Position numbers and translations under genes: made by a program. DNA of 64,000 nt from NCBI GenBank assembly GCA_003228125.1, contig QGNP01000003.1, forward strand, positions 14,475 to 78,474, read 5' to 3'. Shown here in pieces: positions 29,072 through 37,825 of this stretch. The notes beneath the pieces are model-generated. The model ran no database searches and had not been told where the DNA came from. It worked only from the letters and a program-made list of their open reading frames with translations. Origin of the DNA: Chloroflexota bacterium (GTDB taxonomy: Bacteria; Chloroflexota; Dehalococcoidia; UBA2979). Position 1 is the stretch's first letter. Each line of letters begins with the position of its first letter.

Positions 29072-31774
29072 TTAACGTTTATTAGACATTCTTTCAAGAG
29101 CATTATGTAAATTATTATGCTGCTCTGAAAGATCATCCAATTTTTTTTGATTAACTGCAACTACATTTGAAGGAGCTTTATCAAGAAATTGTTTATTACT
29201 TAATAAATCATTTAGTCTTTTTATTGCATTTTCAGTATTGATAATTTCCTTATTAATTTTTAATATTTCATTTTCAGTATCGATAAGTTCTGTAAGTGGA
29301 ACAATAATCAAGCCAATAGGCAAAGATGATGTAACGCAATCTTCTAAATCAATATTTCCTTTATCATTAATGATATTCAATGACTGGCATCTACTCAAAA
29401 TTGAAATAACTATTTGCATTGAAAAAATTAACTCACTTGATGATTGAGAAATAATAGTAATTTCTAACATTTTACTTGCATCAACTTTATTTTCAGCACG
29501 AATATTTCGTATTGCTTTAATAATGTCTCGAATTGAGTCAAATTCATTTTTAGAATCATTGAATTGAAAATTACGATCTTCTTTAGGGTAACTAGAGACA
29601 ATAAGTGCTTTTTTATTCTTAAAATTAATATAACTTTCGAATTCTTGCCAAATTGTTTCAGTAATAAAAGGCATAAAAGGATGTAGTAATTTGATAATTG
29701 AACAAAAAGTATGGACAAGTACATTTACAGATTCAGATTCAGATTCAGAACCTTCATCTCTTAATCGAATTTTTATTATTTCTATGTACCAATCAGCAAA
29801 ATCATCCCAAAAGAAATCTCTAATAATACCCAATGCTTCAGAAAGTTCAAAATTTGCCAATAATCGATTAGAATCATTAACGATATTATTTAATTCTGTA
29901 AGAATCCATTTATCCTCAAGGTTCAAATTTTCATGATTAGCAACTAAGTTATCATTAAAAGAAATTTCAGACTCTTTTAGAGAAGCAAGTACAAATTTTT
30001 TTGCATTCCAAATTTTATTTGCAAAATTTCTTCCAGACTTAATTTTCTCATCTGTAATTCGTTGATCGTTTCCAGGGCTTGAACTAGACAATAGCGAGAA
30101 TCTTAAAGCATCTGTCCCGTACTCATCTATCAATTTAATCGGATCAATAACATTCTTCTTAGACTTAGACATCTTAGAGCCATCCGAAGCTCTAACCAAA
30201 CCATGAAGGTATACATGCCTAAATGGAGGCACCCCATCCATATTATATAGTGACAACATGATCATTCGTGCAACCCAAAAGAAAATAATATCATAGCCGG
30301 TTTCCATAACTTGCGTAGGATAAAATTCAGACAAGTCATTACTATTTTTATTTGGCCAGCCCAAAGTTGAATGTGGCCATAAAGCAGAAGAAAACCAAGT
30401 ATCTAATGTGTCTTCATCCTGTAAAATATCTATCGAGTTACAGCTATTGCATTTTTTTGGATCATCAATTTGTACAATCTCGTTACTACAATTTTGACAA
30501 TACCAGACAGGAATTCTATGACCCCACCAAATTTGTCGACTAATTGTCCAATCCTTAATATTATGCATCCAGTGTAAATATGTTTTTGTAAATTGCTCTG
30601 GAACAAAATCGATTTGTTTTTTTTCAACGATATCTATAGCTTTTTCAGCAAGTGGTTTAACTTTAACAAACCACTGCTTAGAAATTAAAGGCTCTATCAC
30701 AGAACCAGTTCTTTGACTAATGCTTAAAGCATGTTCACGTAATTCAATTTTTTCTATGCAATCTAATTCATGTAGTTTTTTTACAATAAGATCTCGAGCA
30801 ACTAACCGATCTAGTCCTTCAAATTCATTAGCAACATCATTAAGAGTACCATCAAGGTTAATCATCGTTAAAATTTCAAGATTATTTCTTAATCCAATTT
30901 CAAAATCCAATTGATCATGACCAGGAGTAACTTTGAGAGCTCCTGTTCCTAAATTCATATCAATCATATCATCAGCAATAATTACTATTTCTCTATTAAC
31001 TATCGGTACAATGACTTTTTTACCAATCAATTCTTTAAATCTATCATCTTCTGGATGAACAGCAATAGCTGTATCAGCAGGAATTGTTTCAGGTCGAGTT
31101 GTAGCTATTGTTATATATTGATTTTTATTGTCAGAAAAATAATACCTTATAAACCAAAAAGAACCTTCTTCATTTAAATATTCGACTTCAAGATCAGAAA
31201 CAACAGTTTGTGAACTTGTATCCCAATTAACAATTCTTTCCCCTCTATAAATCAATTTATCATTATAGAGATCAACAAATGTTTTTCGAACGGCATCTGC
31301 TGGACCTTGATCCATAGTAAATTGTTCTCGACTCCAATCAGCTGAAGCTCCTAATCTTCGATGTTGTTCTGCAATCTTAACTCTTGAATTATTAACAAAT
31401 TCCCAAACTTTAGATAAAAATTTTTCTCTGCCAATATCTTTTCTATTGATTCCTTCTGCATTTAATTGCTTTTCAACTAATGCATTCACCGCAATAGCAG
31501 CATGATCGACGCCAGGCAGCCATAAAGTTTTTTTTCCATTCATTCTATTCCATCTAATCAAACTATCTTCAATAGCTACTGTTAATGCATGGCCTAAATG
31601 CAATTCTCCTGTAAGATTAGGTGGAGGCATAACAATAGTAAATGGCTCCCCAGAACCTTGTGGTTTAAAAAAATCACTATTTTCCCAAAAATTATATATA
31701 GCTTTTTCAAATAGTTGAGCGTTGTAAGCAGAACTAGAAGAACTATTAATAATGTCTGTTATTTTTTCATTCAC
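29072..31774 (-). CDS. valS: Valine--tRNA ligase
   Basis: 900 aa with PPPNLTGELHLGHA (HIGH), KMSKS, an editing domain and a C-terminal coiled coil. Confidence 0.95.
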   Translation of the reverse strand: MNEKITDIINSSSSSAYNAQLFEKAIYNFWENSDFFKPQGSGEPFTIVMPPPNLTGELHLGHALTVAIEDSLIRWNRMNGKKTLWLPGVDHAAIAVNALVEKQLNAEGINRKDIGREKFLSKVWEFVNNSRVKIAEQHRRLGASADWSREQFTMDQGPADAVRKTFVDLYNDKLIYRGERIVNWDTSSQTVVSDLEVEYLNEEGSFWFIRYYFSDNKNQYITIATTRPETIPADTAIAVHPEDDRFKELIGKKVIVPIVNREIVIIADDMIDMNLGTGALKVTPGHDQLDFEIGLRNNLEILTMINLDGTLNDVANEFEGLDRLVARDLIVKKLHELDCIEKIELREHALSISQRTGSVIEPLISKQWFVKVKPLAEKAIDIVEKKQIDFVPEQFTKTYLHWMHNIKDWTISRQIWWGHRIPVWYCQNCSNEIVQIDDPKKCNSCNSIDILQDEDTLDTWFSSALWPHSTLGWPNKNSNDLSEFYPTQVMETGYDIIFFWVARMIMLSLYNMDGVPPFRHVYLHGLVRASDGSKMSKSKKNVIDPIKLIDEYGTDALRFSLLSSSSPGNDQRITDEKIKSGRNFANKIWNAKKFVLASLKESEISFNDNLVANHENLNLEDKWILTELNNIVNDSNRLLANFELSEALGIIRDFFWDDFADWYIEIIKIRLRDEGSESESESVNVLVHTFCSIIKLLHPFMPFITETIWQEFESYINFKNKKALIVSSYPKEDRNFQFNDSKNEFDSIRDIIKAIRNIRAENKVDASKMLEITIISQSSSELIFSMQIVISILSRCQSLNIINDKGNIDLEDCVTSSLPIGLIIVPLTELIDTENEILKINKEIINTENAIKRLNDLLSNKQFLDKAPSNVVAVNQKKLDDLSEQHNNLHNALERMSNKR

Positions 31775-31804
31775 TTAATTACCAATCAATTTTAATTCTA
31801 ATAA

Positions 31805-32428
31805 CTAATTATTTTTATCAAATTTAAAATAAGAACTGAGCTGCCACATTCCAGGAAGCAAAGTAGCAGCTATTAAAATTTTAAAAATATCTCCAATAAT
31901 AAATGGTGTTAAACCTAAGCTAATTGCTTTACTTATTCCAATGCTGTAACTAAAACTAAGCCATAAAACACCGAAAAAATATATGACAGCATTGCCAAGT
32001 ATCATCGATGAAATTACTAAAAATGGTTTTCTATCCCAACCTTTTTCAGCCAATAATCCAACAAAATATGCTGCAATACCAAAGCCAATTAAATATCCTG
32101 CTGTAGCACCACTAAAATATTCCCAACCAGAACCACCTCCTGCAAATACAGGTAAGCCTACTATTCCCACTAGTAAATAAGAAAATATAGTAAATATACC
32201 TAACTTACTTCCATAAGACGAAGCTAGAAGCAAAACACCAAAAGTTTGTCCAGTGACAGGAACAGGTGTAAAAAATAAATTAATCCTAATTTGCGAAGTC
32301 ATCCATAAAATTAAAATTCCTGAAATAACTAAAGTTATATTTTTCAACAAAGTATTACTACCAATAGGCAAAGTGTCGATTAAAGTGGGCATTTTATTAT
32401 TGAAATTGTTTGTCTGTGAAAAACTCAT
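31805..32428 (-). CDS. bioY: Biotin transporter BioY (ECF S-component family)
   Basis: 207 aa, about 6 TM segments, with PVPVTGQTFGVLL and GYLIGF motifs typical of BioY. Confidence 0.8.
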   Translation of the reverse strand: MSFSQTNNFNNKMPTLIDTLPIGSNTLLKNITLVISGILILWMTSQIRINLFFTPVPVTGQTFGVLLLASSYGSKLGIFTIFSYLLVGIVGLPVFAGGGSGWEYFSGATAGYLIGFGIAAYFVGLLAEKGWDRKPFLVISSMILGNAVIYFFGVLWLSFSYSIGISKAISLGLTPFIIGDIFKILIAATLLPGMWQLSSYFKFDKNN

Positions 32429-32453
32429 TATAAATCCTTATCAATATTAGTAC

Positions 32454-32489
32454 TGACATAGATAATAGCTTTTCATAGATAATATGTCA
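32454..32489. promoter_or_regulatory. Candidate operator in the bioY divergent promoter: TGACATA/TATGTCA inverted repeat enclosing two CATAGATAATA direct repeats 17 bp apart
   Basis: Read directly from the sequence: TGACATA 32454-32460, TATGTCA 32483-32489, CATAGATAATA at 32457-32467 and 32474-32484. Confidence 0.3.
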
Positions 32490-32518
32490 TAATTATACAA
32501 AGATTTTATTCAAAGATA

Positions 32519-33055
32519 ATGCAAAATGATTTACTTAAGGAAATATTAATGGAAGTACTAACAATCGGATATGTAGCAATAATTTGTCAAAATTTAGAAG
32601 AATCACTCAACTTTTATTGTAATGGACTAGGCTTAAAAAAAATATACAGTGAGCCAAATAGAGATGATAATGAATCAACCCAGATATTACTAGCGTCTCA
32701 AAATGGTCCTTGCCTAATGTTAATAGGACCAAATGATCCCAAAATGAAACTATCACAGGCAGCGTTAGGAGTAGGATCAATGCAATATTTAACGTTCTAT
32801 GTTACAAATACGGAACTTGATAATGCATTTTATACTCTATCAAATGCAGGTATTCAAATCAGTGAAGAGATTAAGCGTGGTTACGAAAGAATCATTTTTA
32901 TTGAAGATCCAAGCGGAACTTTAGTTACACTAACTAGTTGGAAAGGGATAAACAGTTCTGACTTAAGTAACAACACGGAAAGATTAAAAAAAGCTGAATC
33001 TTTTAGAAGAACAGAAAAGTCAGAGTATATTCAAGAACATCATTTAGAAAAATAA
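32519..33055 (+). CDS. VOC/glyoxalase-bleomycin resistance family protein
   Basis: Beta-alpha-beta-beta-beta module pattern (IGYVAIICQNLEESLNFYCNGLGL ... IFIEDPSGTLVTL). The true start may be the internal MEVLTIG. Confidence 0.6.
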   Translation: MQNDLLKEILMEVLTIGYVAIICQNLEESLNFYCNGLGLKKIYSEPNRDDNESTQILLASQNGPCLMLIGPNDPKMKLSQAALGVGSMQYLTFYVTNTELDNAFYTLSNAGIQISEEIKRGYERIIFIEDPSGTLVTLTSWKGINSSDLSNNTERLKKAESFRRTEKSEYIQEHHLEK

Positions 33056-33150
33056 AATTAAAAATTAAACATGTTGCAATTAAAAATAGTGACTGCAAGA
33101 ATATCTTGTGACATAATAATCAAGTTGTAAATACAGATTACAGGAATAAT

Positions 33151-33291
33151 ATGCCCAAAAGAACCTGGCAACCCAAAACAAGAAGAAGACTAAGAAGACA
33201 TGGTTTTCGATTAAGAATGGCTACTAGAGCAGGTAGAGCAATTTTAAGTCGAAGAAGAAATAAAAAAAGAACTGAATTAACAGTAAGTTAA
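33151..33291 (+). CDS. rpmH: 50S ribosomal protein L34
   Basis: Not in the ORF track because it is under 60 aa. Hand translation gives [46 protein letters not shown]. It lies directly upstream of rnpA. Confidence 0.95.
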   Translation: MPKRTWQPKTRRRLRRHGFRLRMATRAGRAILSRRRNKKRTELTVS

Positions 33292-33309
33292 TAACTGCAG
33301 TTATTAACT
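33286..33309. repeat. 24-bp perfect palindrome AGTTAATAACTGCAGTTATTAACT overlapping the rpmH stop codon
   Basis: Read directly from the sequence: 10-bp arms with a TGCA centre, located between rpmH and rnpA. Confidence 0.7.
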
Positions 33310-33325
33310 GTGTAAAAAAACATAA

Positions 33326-33661
33326 ATGAAAAAAAATAAAATAAGACTTCATAAAAATGATTTCGACAAAATATACAACGAGAGAAATATATCTCATTCT
33401 CGTTATGTAAAGCTATATACAGCATTCAATAGCTATGAACATTTCCGAATAGCATTCGCGATTAACAGAAAGCAAGCTGGTGCCGTAGAAAGAAATAAAA
33501 TTAAAAGAAGAATTAAGAACATCATTAATAAAATTGAAATAAATAGAAATATTGACTGCATTATACATATAAAACCAATGATTAAAAAGGCTTCTTTCAT
33601 TGATATAGAAAAAGACATCATCTCAATCATTGAAAATATACCTGAAAAAATTGCTAAATAA
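33326..33661 (+). CDS. rnpA: Ribonuclease P protein component
   Basis: 111 aa, basic, with the RNR-box-like motif AGAVERNKIKRRIKNII. Sits in the conserved rpmH-rnpA position. Confidence 0.85.
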   Translation: MKKNKIRLHKNDFDKIYNERNISHSRYVKLYTAFNSYEHFRIAFAINRKQAGAVERNKIKRRIKNIINKIEINRNIDCIIHIKPMIKKASFIDIEKDIISIIENIPEKIAK

Positions 33662-33680
33662 ATATTTGGAGAAACATTAA

Positions 33681-33965
33681 TTGAGTAAAATATTCATACA
33701 ACTAATTGTCATTTATCAAAGAATTTTTTCTTATAACTCGTATGCAAGTTGCAGACATGCTCCAACTTGCTCAAGTTACTCAATTAATGTTTTTAAACAG
33801 TACGGAGCATTCATGGGGATATTTTTTACTATAAACAGACTCAGGAAATGTTTTTTCTACAAAAAACTATCTTACGATCCTATAGAAAACATTGAAAAAA
33901 ATATTTTTTATACATTTTTTAAAATGTTTCACGTGAAACAAAACAATAATAGAATAGTAAAATGA
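33681..33965 (+). CDS. yidD: Membrane protein insertion efficiency factor YidD, with an extended C-terminal tail
   Basis: Contains YQRIFS....CRHAPTCSSYS....GAFMG..FTINRLRKC. TTG start. 94 aa, longer than usual for this family. Confidence 0.8.
   Translation: MSKIFIQLIVIYQRIFSYNSYASCRHAPTCSSYSINVFKQYGAFMGIFFTINRLRKCFFYKKLSYDPIENIEKNIFYTFFKMFHVKQNNNRIVK
33925..33940. promoter_or_regulatory. parS: parS centromere-like site (perfect TGTTTCACGTGAAACA)
   Basis: Exact 16-bp palindrome matching the canonical ParB-binding consensus TGTTNCACGTGAAACA. It lies 1.7 kb upstream of parA-parB, inside the yidD tail codons. Confidence 0.85.
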
Positions 33966-33973
33966 GGTAAAAC

Positions 33974-34924
33974 ATGCCAATTGGTTCAGCTTGGAGATTC
34001 TTGATAGAAGATCCATTATTAAATATTTTAGTATCATTAAGTCATTTATTATTTGATTCATATGGCTTGTCTATATTAGCATTCACGCTTATTACAAGAG
34101 TAATCACTTTTCCATTGACTAAAAAAACTCTCAGCTCTATGAAAAACTTACAGACAATTCAACCACAAATACAAGAGTTACAAAAAAAATATTCGGATCC
34201 TAAGAGAAGATCTCAAGAAACTATGAAACTATATAAAGAAGCTGGTGTTAATCCGTTGGGTTGCCTGGGTCCGCAATTAATACAATTACCAATCTTTATA
34301 GGTCTTTATCAAGTAATAAGATTAACTTCGTCCCAAGAATTAGAGAAATTAAAAGAGCTAACAGAAAGATTATATAACTATCAATATTTAACTGATGCGA
34401 TACCATTATCAAATACATTTTTATCTATGGACCTTGGGGCTAATGGAAAATGGTACTTAGCATTATTAGTTTTTATTTCTGCGTATATGCAACAAAAGCT
34501 ATCTTCGTCTAGTAATCAGACCAATCAAAATGAACAACAAAAACAAATGAATAAAATGCTGCAATGGTTAATGCCAGTATTTTTTGGATATATAATATTC
34601 TCAGTTCCAGCTGGACTAGGAATATATTGGGCTGCAAGTACAGTAATGGGCATTATTTTACATATAATGTTTATAGGCTTACCTGAGGACAAATTGCAAT
34701 TAATTCCTTTTGTAGGAATATTAATGAATCAAAAGACAACACATTCGAGTAATAATAAAACAAAGAGTTCAGTTCTAGAAAAAAATATTGATAGTGATGA
34801 AAATGCATCTAAAGAAAGGAAAAAAAACAATGAACCTAGTAGAGGTAAACGGAAAAACAGTAGAGGAAGCAATAGCACGAGCTCTAAAAAAACTGGGTCT
34901 TCCAAAAAAAGACGTAGAAGTTGA
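33974..34924 (+). CDS. yidC: Membrane protein insertase YidC (short form, no large periplasmic domain) with a basic C-terminal tail
   Basis: Contains ILAFTLITRVITFPLTKK, MKLYKEAGVNPLGC and PAGLGIYW, with a Lys/Arg/Ser-rich tail. Confidence 0.9.
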   Translation: MPIGSAWRFLIEDPLLNILVSLSHLLFDSYGLSILAFTLITRVITFPLTKKTLSSMKNLQTIQPQIQELQKKYSDPKRRSQETMKLYKEAGVNPLGCLGPQLIQLPIFIGLYQVIRLTSSQELEKLKELTERLYNYQYLTDAIPLSNTFLSMDLGANGKWYLALLVFISAYMQQKLSSSSNQTNQNEQQKQMNKMLQWLMPVFFGYIIFSVPAGLGIYWAASTVMGIILHIMFIGLPEDKLQLIPFVGILMNQKTTHSSNNKTKSSVLEKNIDSDENASKERKKNNEPSRGKRKNSRGSNSTSSKKTGSSKKRRRS

Positions 34925-35645
34925 AATTGTATCATCAGGCAAAGCAGGTTTCTTAGGATTAGGTTCTGAAGATGCAGTTGTAAGAGTAACAGCGAAAAAA
35001 GGTACAAATCCTAGAAATCCAAATAAAAAAAATTATACACAACCTGTAAAAAAATCTTACAGCAATACAAATTCAAATATTAAATTACCATTGAATGTAC
35101 CTGGAAGACCTAAAAATTTACCGACACAAATTACATCTGAGTACGTGGACAAAACTGACTTAGCTGGAAAAACCATTAGAGATATTTTAAATTATTTAGG
35201 TTTTGCAGATACAGCAATAAAAGCAAAAAATCCAAAAACTGAGGAAGAGGGCTTAGGAAGAATAGAAGCATCTTTTAATATAACTCCAAAGTCACGAGAT
35301 TTAAAAAAAGATTTAGGGATATTAATAGGAAAATCTGGATTTACAATTCGGTCTTTGCAAACAATTGTTGGGTCTATTGTTAGTCAGCAAACTAAAGAAA
35401 ATACATTTTTTAACATTGATATAGACTCATACAAATCAAGAAAAAATGAAGCACTCTCAGAAATGGCAATGAATATCGCTGATGAAATACGTATAACAAA
35501 AGATCCCGTGACCCTGGAGCCAATGCCTGCATCTGAAAGAAGGATAATCCATTTAGCTATAGAAAAAGAAGATCTTGTCGCTTCAAGAAGTATTGGAAAA
35601 GGCATTGAAAGAAAAGTAGAAATTTATTTAGAAAAAAAAGATTAG
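34830..35645 (+). CDS. jag: Jag/KhpB-type RNA-binding protein (Jag_N, KH, R3H)
   Basis: Start set at MNLVEVNGKTVEEAIARAL (Jag_N consensus) with an AAGGA SD. The C-terminus has an R3H-like ERRIIHLAI. The track ORF begins at 34788. Confidence 0.85.
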   Translation: MNLVEVNGKTVEEAIARALKKLGLPKKDVEVEIVSSGKAGFLGLGSEDAVVRVTAKKGTNPRNPNKKNYTQPVKKSYSNTNSNIKLPLNVPGRPKNLPTQITSEYVDKTDLAGKTIRDILNYLGFADTAIKAKNPKTEEEGLGRIEASFNITPKSRDLKKDLGILIGKSGFTIRSLQTIVGSIVSQQTKENTFFNIDIDSYKSRKNEALSEMAMNIADEIRITKDPVTLEPMPASERRIIHLAIEKEDLVASRSIGKGIERKVEIYLEKKD

Positions 35646-35679
35646 CAAATTTATCTTACATAATAGATAATATAATAAT

Positions 35680-36453
35680 ATGCCTGCAAATATAATTTCA
35701 ATCAGCAATCAAAAAGGTGGTGTTGGTAAGACAACTAGCGCAGTATCCTTGTCTGCTGGCTTAGCACTAAAAGGATTTAAGACATTACTTATAGATTGCG
35801 ACCCACAAGGAAATGCAAGTTCATCACTTGGTTATCAAAATTTTCAAGATAATACGATATACGATATACTAATAAATGAAGAGTCTATTGCAAATGTAAT
35901 AATCAATTCAAATATAAACAAGCTGTATATTGTTCCTAGCAATAAAAATTTATCAGGAGCAGAAATAGAATTAGTTGACATAATAAATAGAAATGATATT
36001 TTAAAACTTGCAGTAGCAACCATAAAAAATGAGTATGATTATATAATAATAGACACTCCGCCAGCTTTAGGAATTCTGACAATAAATTGCCTAAATGCAT
36101 CAATGTGGATATTAATTCCAGTACAAGTTGAATATTTTGCCTTAGAAGGCTTAAATAATCTAATGAGTACTATTGATTTAATTAGAAAAAAAATGAATAG
36201 TCAATTAGAAATACTGGGAATAATTTTAACAATGTTTGATAAAAGAAATAGGTTAAGTTTTGAAATTGAAGATGAGATTTACAAACATTTTAATAAATTA
36301 ATGATAGGAACCATACCGCGATCTGTTAGATTAGCAGAATCACCTAGTCATGGAGTTCCAATTCAAATTTACGATCCTAAATCAACCGGTTCTCAAGCCT
36401 ATAATAAAGTAATTATTGCAATAATAGAAAAAATGGAAAATGTGATTAAATAA
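35680..36453 (+). CDS. parA: Chromosome partitioning ATPase ParA/Soj
   Basis: Deviant Walker A NQKGGVGKTT, plus DCDPQGNAS and IIIDTPP. Confidence 0.9.
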   Translation: MPANIISISNQKGGVGKTTSAVSLSAGLALKGFKTLLIDCDPQGNASSSLGYQNFQDNTIYDILINEESIANVIINSNINKLYIVPSNKNLSGAEIELVDIINRNDILKLAVATIKNEYDYIIIDTPPALGILTINCLNASMWILIPVQVEYFALEGLNNLMSTIDLIRKKMNSQLEILGIILTMFDKRNRLSFEIEDEIYKHFNKLMIGTIPRSVRLAESPSHGVPIQIYDPKSTGSQAYNKVIIAIIEKMENVIK

Positions 36454-37335
36454 ATGAATAAAAAAACCAGACTTGGCAGAGGATTAGATGCACTGTTAAC
36501 AAATAATGAAAATTTACAAAGCTTACAAGAAGTATTACAAAATATTGACATTGAACTGATAGCACCTAATCCGAACCAGCCGAGAAAAAAATTTAACAAA
36601 GAAGAATTGCTAACGCTAACTGAATCAATTAAAATACATGGATTACTACAGCCTATTATAGTAACGCCAACAAAATACCCATCCACTGATAAAAAATATA
36701 TCTTAATTGCCGGTGAAAGAAGATTAAGGGCTAGCAAGCAAGCTGGTGTAAAAAAAATTCAAGCAATCATTAGAGATTCCACTGAAAATAAAAACTTTGA
36801 ACTAGCAATTATTGAAAATGTTCAGAGAGAAAATTTAAATCCTATTGAAGAAGCACTAGCATTTAAGAAGCTAGGAGAAAAATATCATTTAACTCAAGAG
36901 GAAATTTCTAAACAAATTGGTAAGTCTAGACCTGTGATTGCTAATTCAATAAGACTCTTAGATTTACCAGAATCTATCCAACAATTAATAGAATCAAATG
37001 TAATTAGTGCTGGTCATGCTAGGCTGATATTGTCAATACAAAATAATGAACAACAAATAGAAGTAGCTCAAATCATACAAAAAAAGAAGTTAAGCGTCAG
37101 AGATTTAGAAAAATTTTTATTAATATTCAATAAAGAAAATAAAATCGATAAAAATACTGTTGTTGACCCAGATATAAATGCTTTAGAATCAGAGTTCATA
37201 AAAATATTTGGTACCTCTGTAAAAATAAATATTAACAAAAAAAATATAGGCAATATAAGAATAAACTTCCATAGCATTGATGAATTTGAGGGTATTTTAG
37301 AAAAAATGAAAAGTAGCAACGGTGGTAAATTGTAA
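36454..37335 (+). CDS. parB: Chromosome partitioning protein ParB/Spo0J
   Basis: Contains LGRGLDALL, the ParB box IAGERRLRAS, and the HTH QEEISKQIGKSRPVIANSIRLL. Confidence 0.9.
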   Translation: MNKKTRLGRGLDALLTNNENLQSLQEVLQNIDIELIAPNPNQPRKKFNKEELLTLTESIKIHGLLQPIIVTPTKYPSTDKKYILIAGERRLRASKQAGVKKIQAIIRDSTENKNFELAIIENVQRENLNPIEEALAFKKLGEKYHLTQEEISKQIGKSRPVIANSIRLLDLPESIQQLIESNVISAGHARLILSIQNNEQQIEVAQIIQKKKLSVRDLEKFLLIFNKENKIDKNTVVDPDINALESEFIKIFGTSVKININKKNIGNIRINFHSIDEFEGILEKMKSSNGGKL

Positions 37336-37824
37336 ATGTCAAGAATAGATTTCGTTACTGGAGCGCCTGTTAGATACGCTGAGCAAGTTTCAGAGCTTGC
37401 TAAGCTAGCTAATGATACAAAAAGATACATTCCGATACAAAAAAAACAAAGTGCCGCAGATATCCATCATGATGAAGCAAAATGGGAAAATCATAGGATA
37501 GTTTGCCATATGAGAAATTACGCAGCTAATATTAATACATTAATGAAACGTATGCTTATTGATACCGATCCAAGCCAGCTAATTTGGAATGAACAAGAGA
37601 CTTATGTCAATTTAAACCAATCTGAGAAAGAAACTCTATATATTTTTAATCAATTTAAATCACTCGTTGAAGAAATGGTTTTTATGTTATCAAAAACTCC
37701 AGATGCTGCATGGGGCAGAGCTGGTAAACATGTATATTTAGGAAGAGTATCAGTTAAGCAACTTGTTAAATGGCATACTAACCATATCAAGCAACATATA
37801 CAGCAACTAAAAGAAACAGAATAA
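37336..37824 (+). CDS. Possible DinB-like four-helix-bundle protein
   Basis: 162 aa, with His-containing helices (HRIVCHM; WHTNHIKQHIQQL) resembling the DinB_2 pattern. This is a weak assignment. Start is coupled to the parB stop (TAAATG). Confidence 0.35.
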   Translation: MSRIDFVTGAPVRYAEQVSELAKLANDTKRYIPIQKKQSAADIHHDEAKWENHRIVCHMRNYAANINTLMKRMLIDTDPSQLIWNEQETYVNLNQSEKETLYIFNQFKSLVEEMVFMLSKTPDAAWGRAGKHVYLGRVSVKQLVKWHTNHIKQHIQQLKETE

Positions 37825-37825
37825 T

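Noticed and set aside
29731-29752. Tandem GATTCA x3 microsatellite.
   Set aside because: It lies inside valS and simply encodes a SESESES acidic linker in frame. There is no sign of a regulatory or mobile role.
33056-33150. Possible oriC or DnaA-box cluster next to the rpmH...parAB block.
   Set aside because: No TTATCCACA-type box occurs here. Only scattered single 8/9 matches are found elsewhere, inside coding regions (for example near 17811, 36108 and 48371). The intergenic region is under 100 nt.
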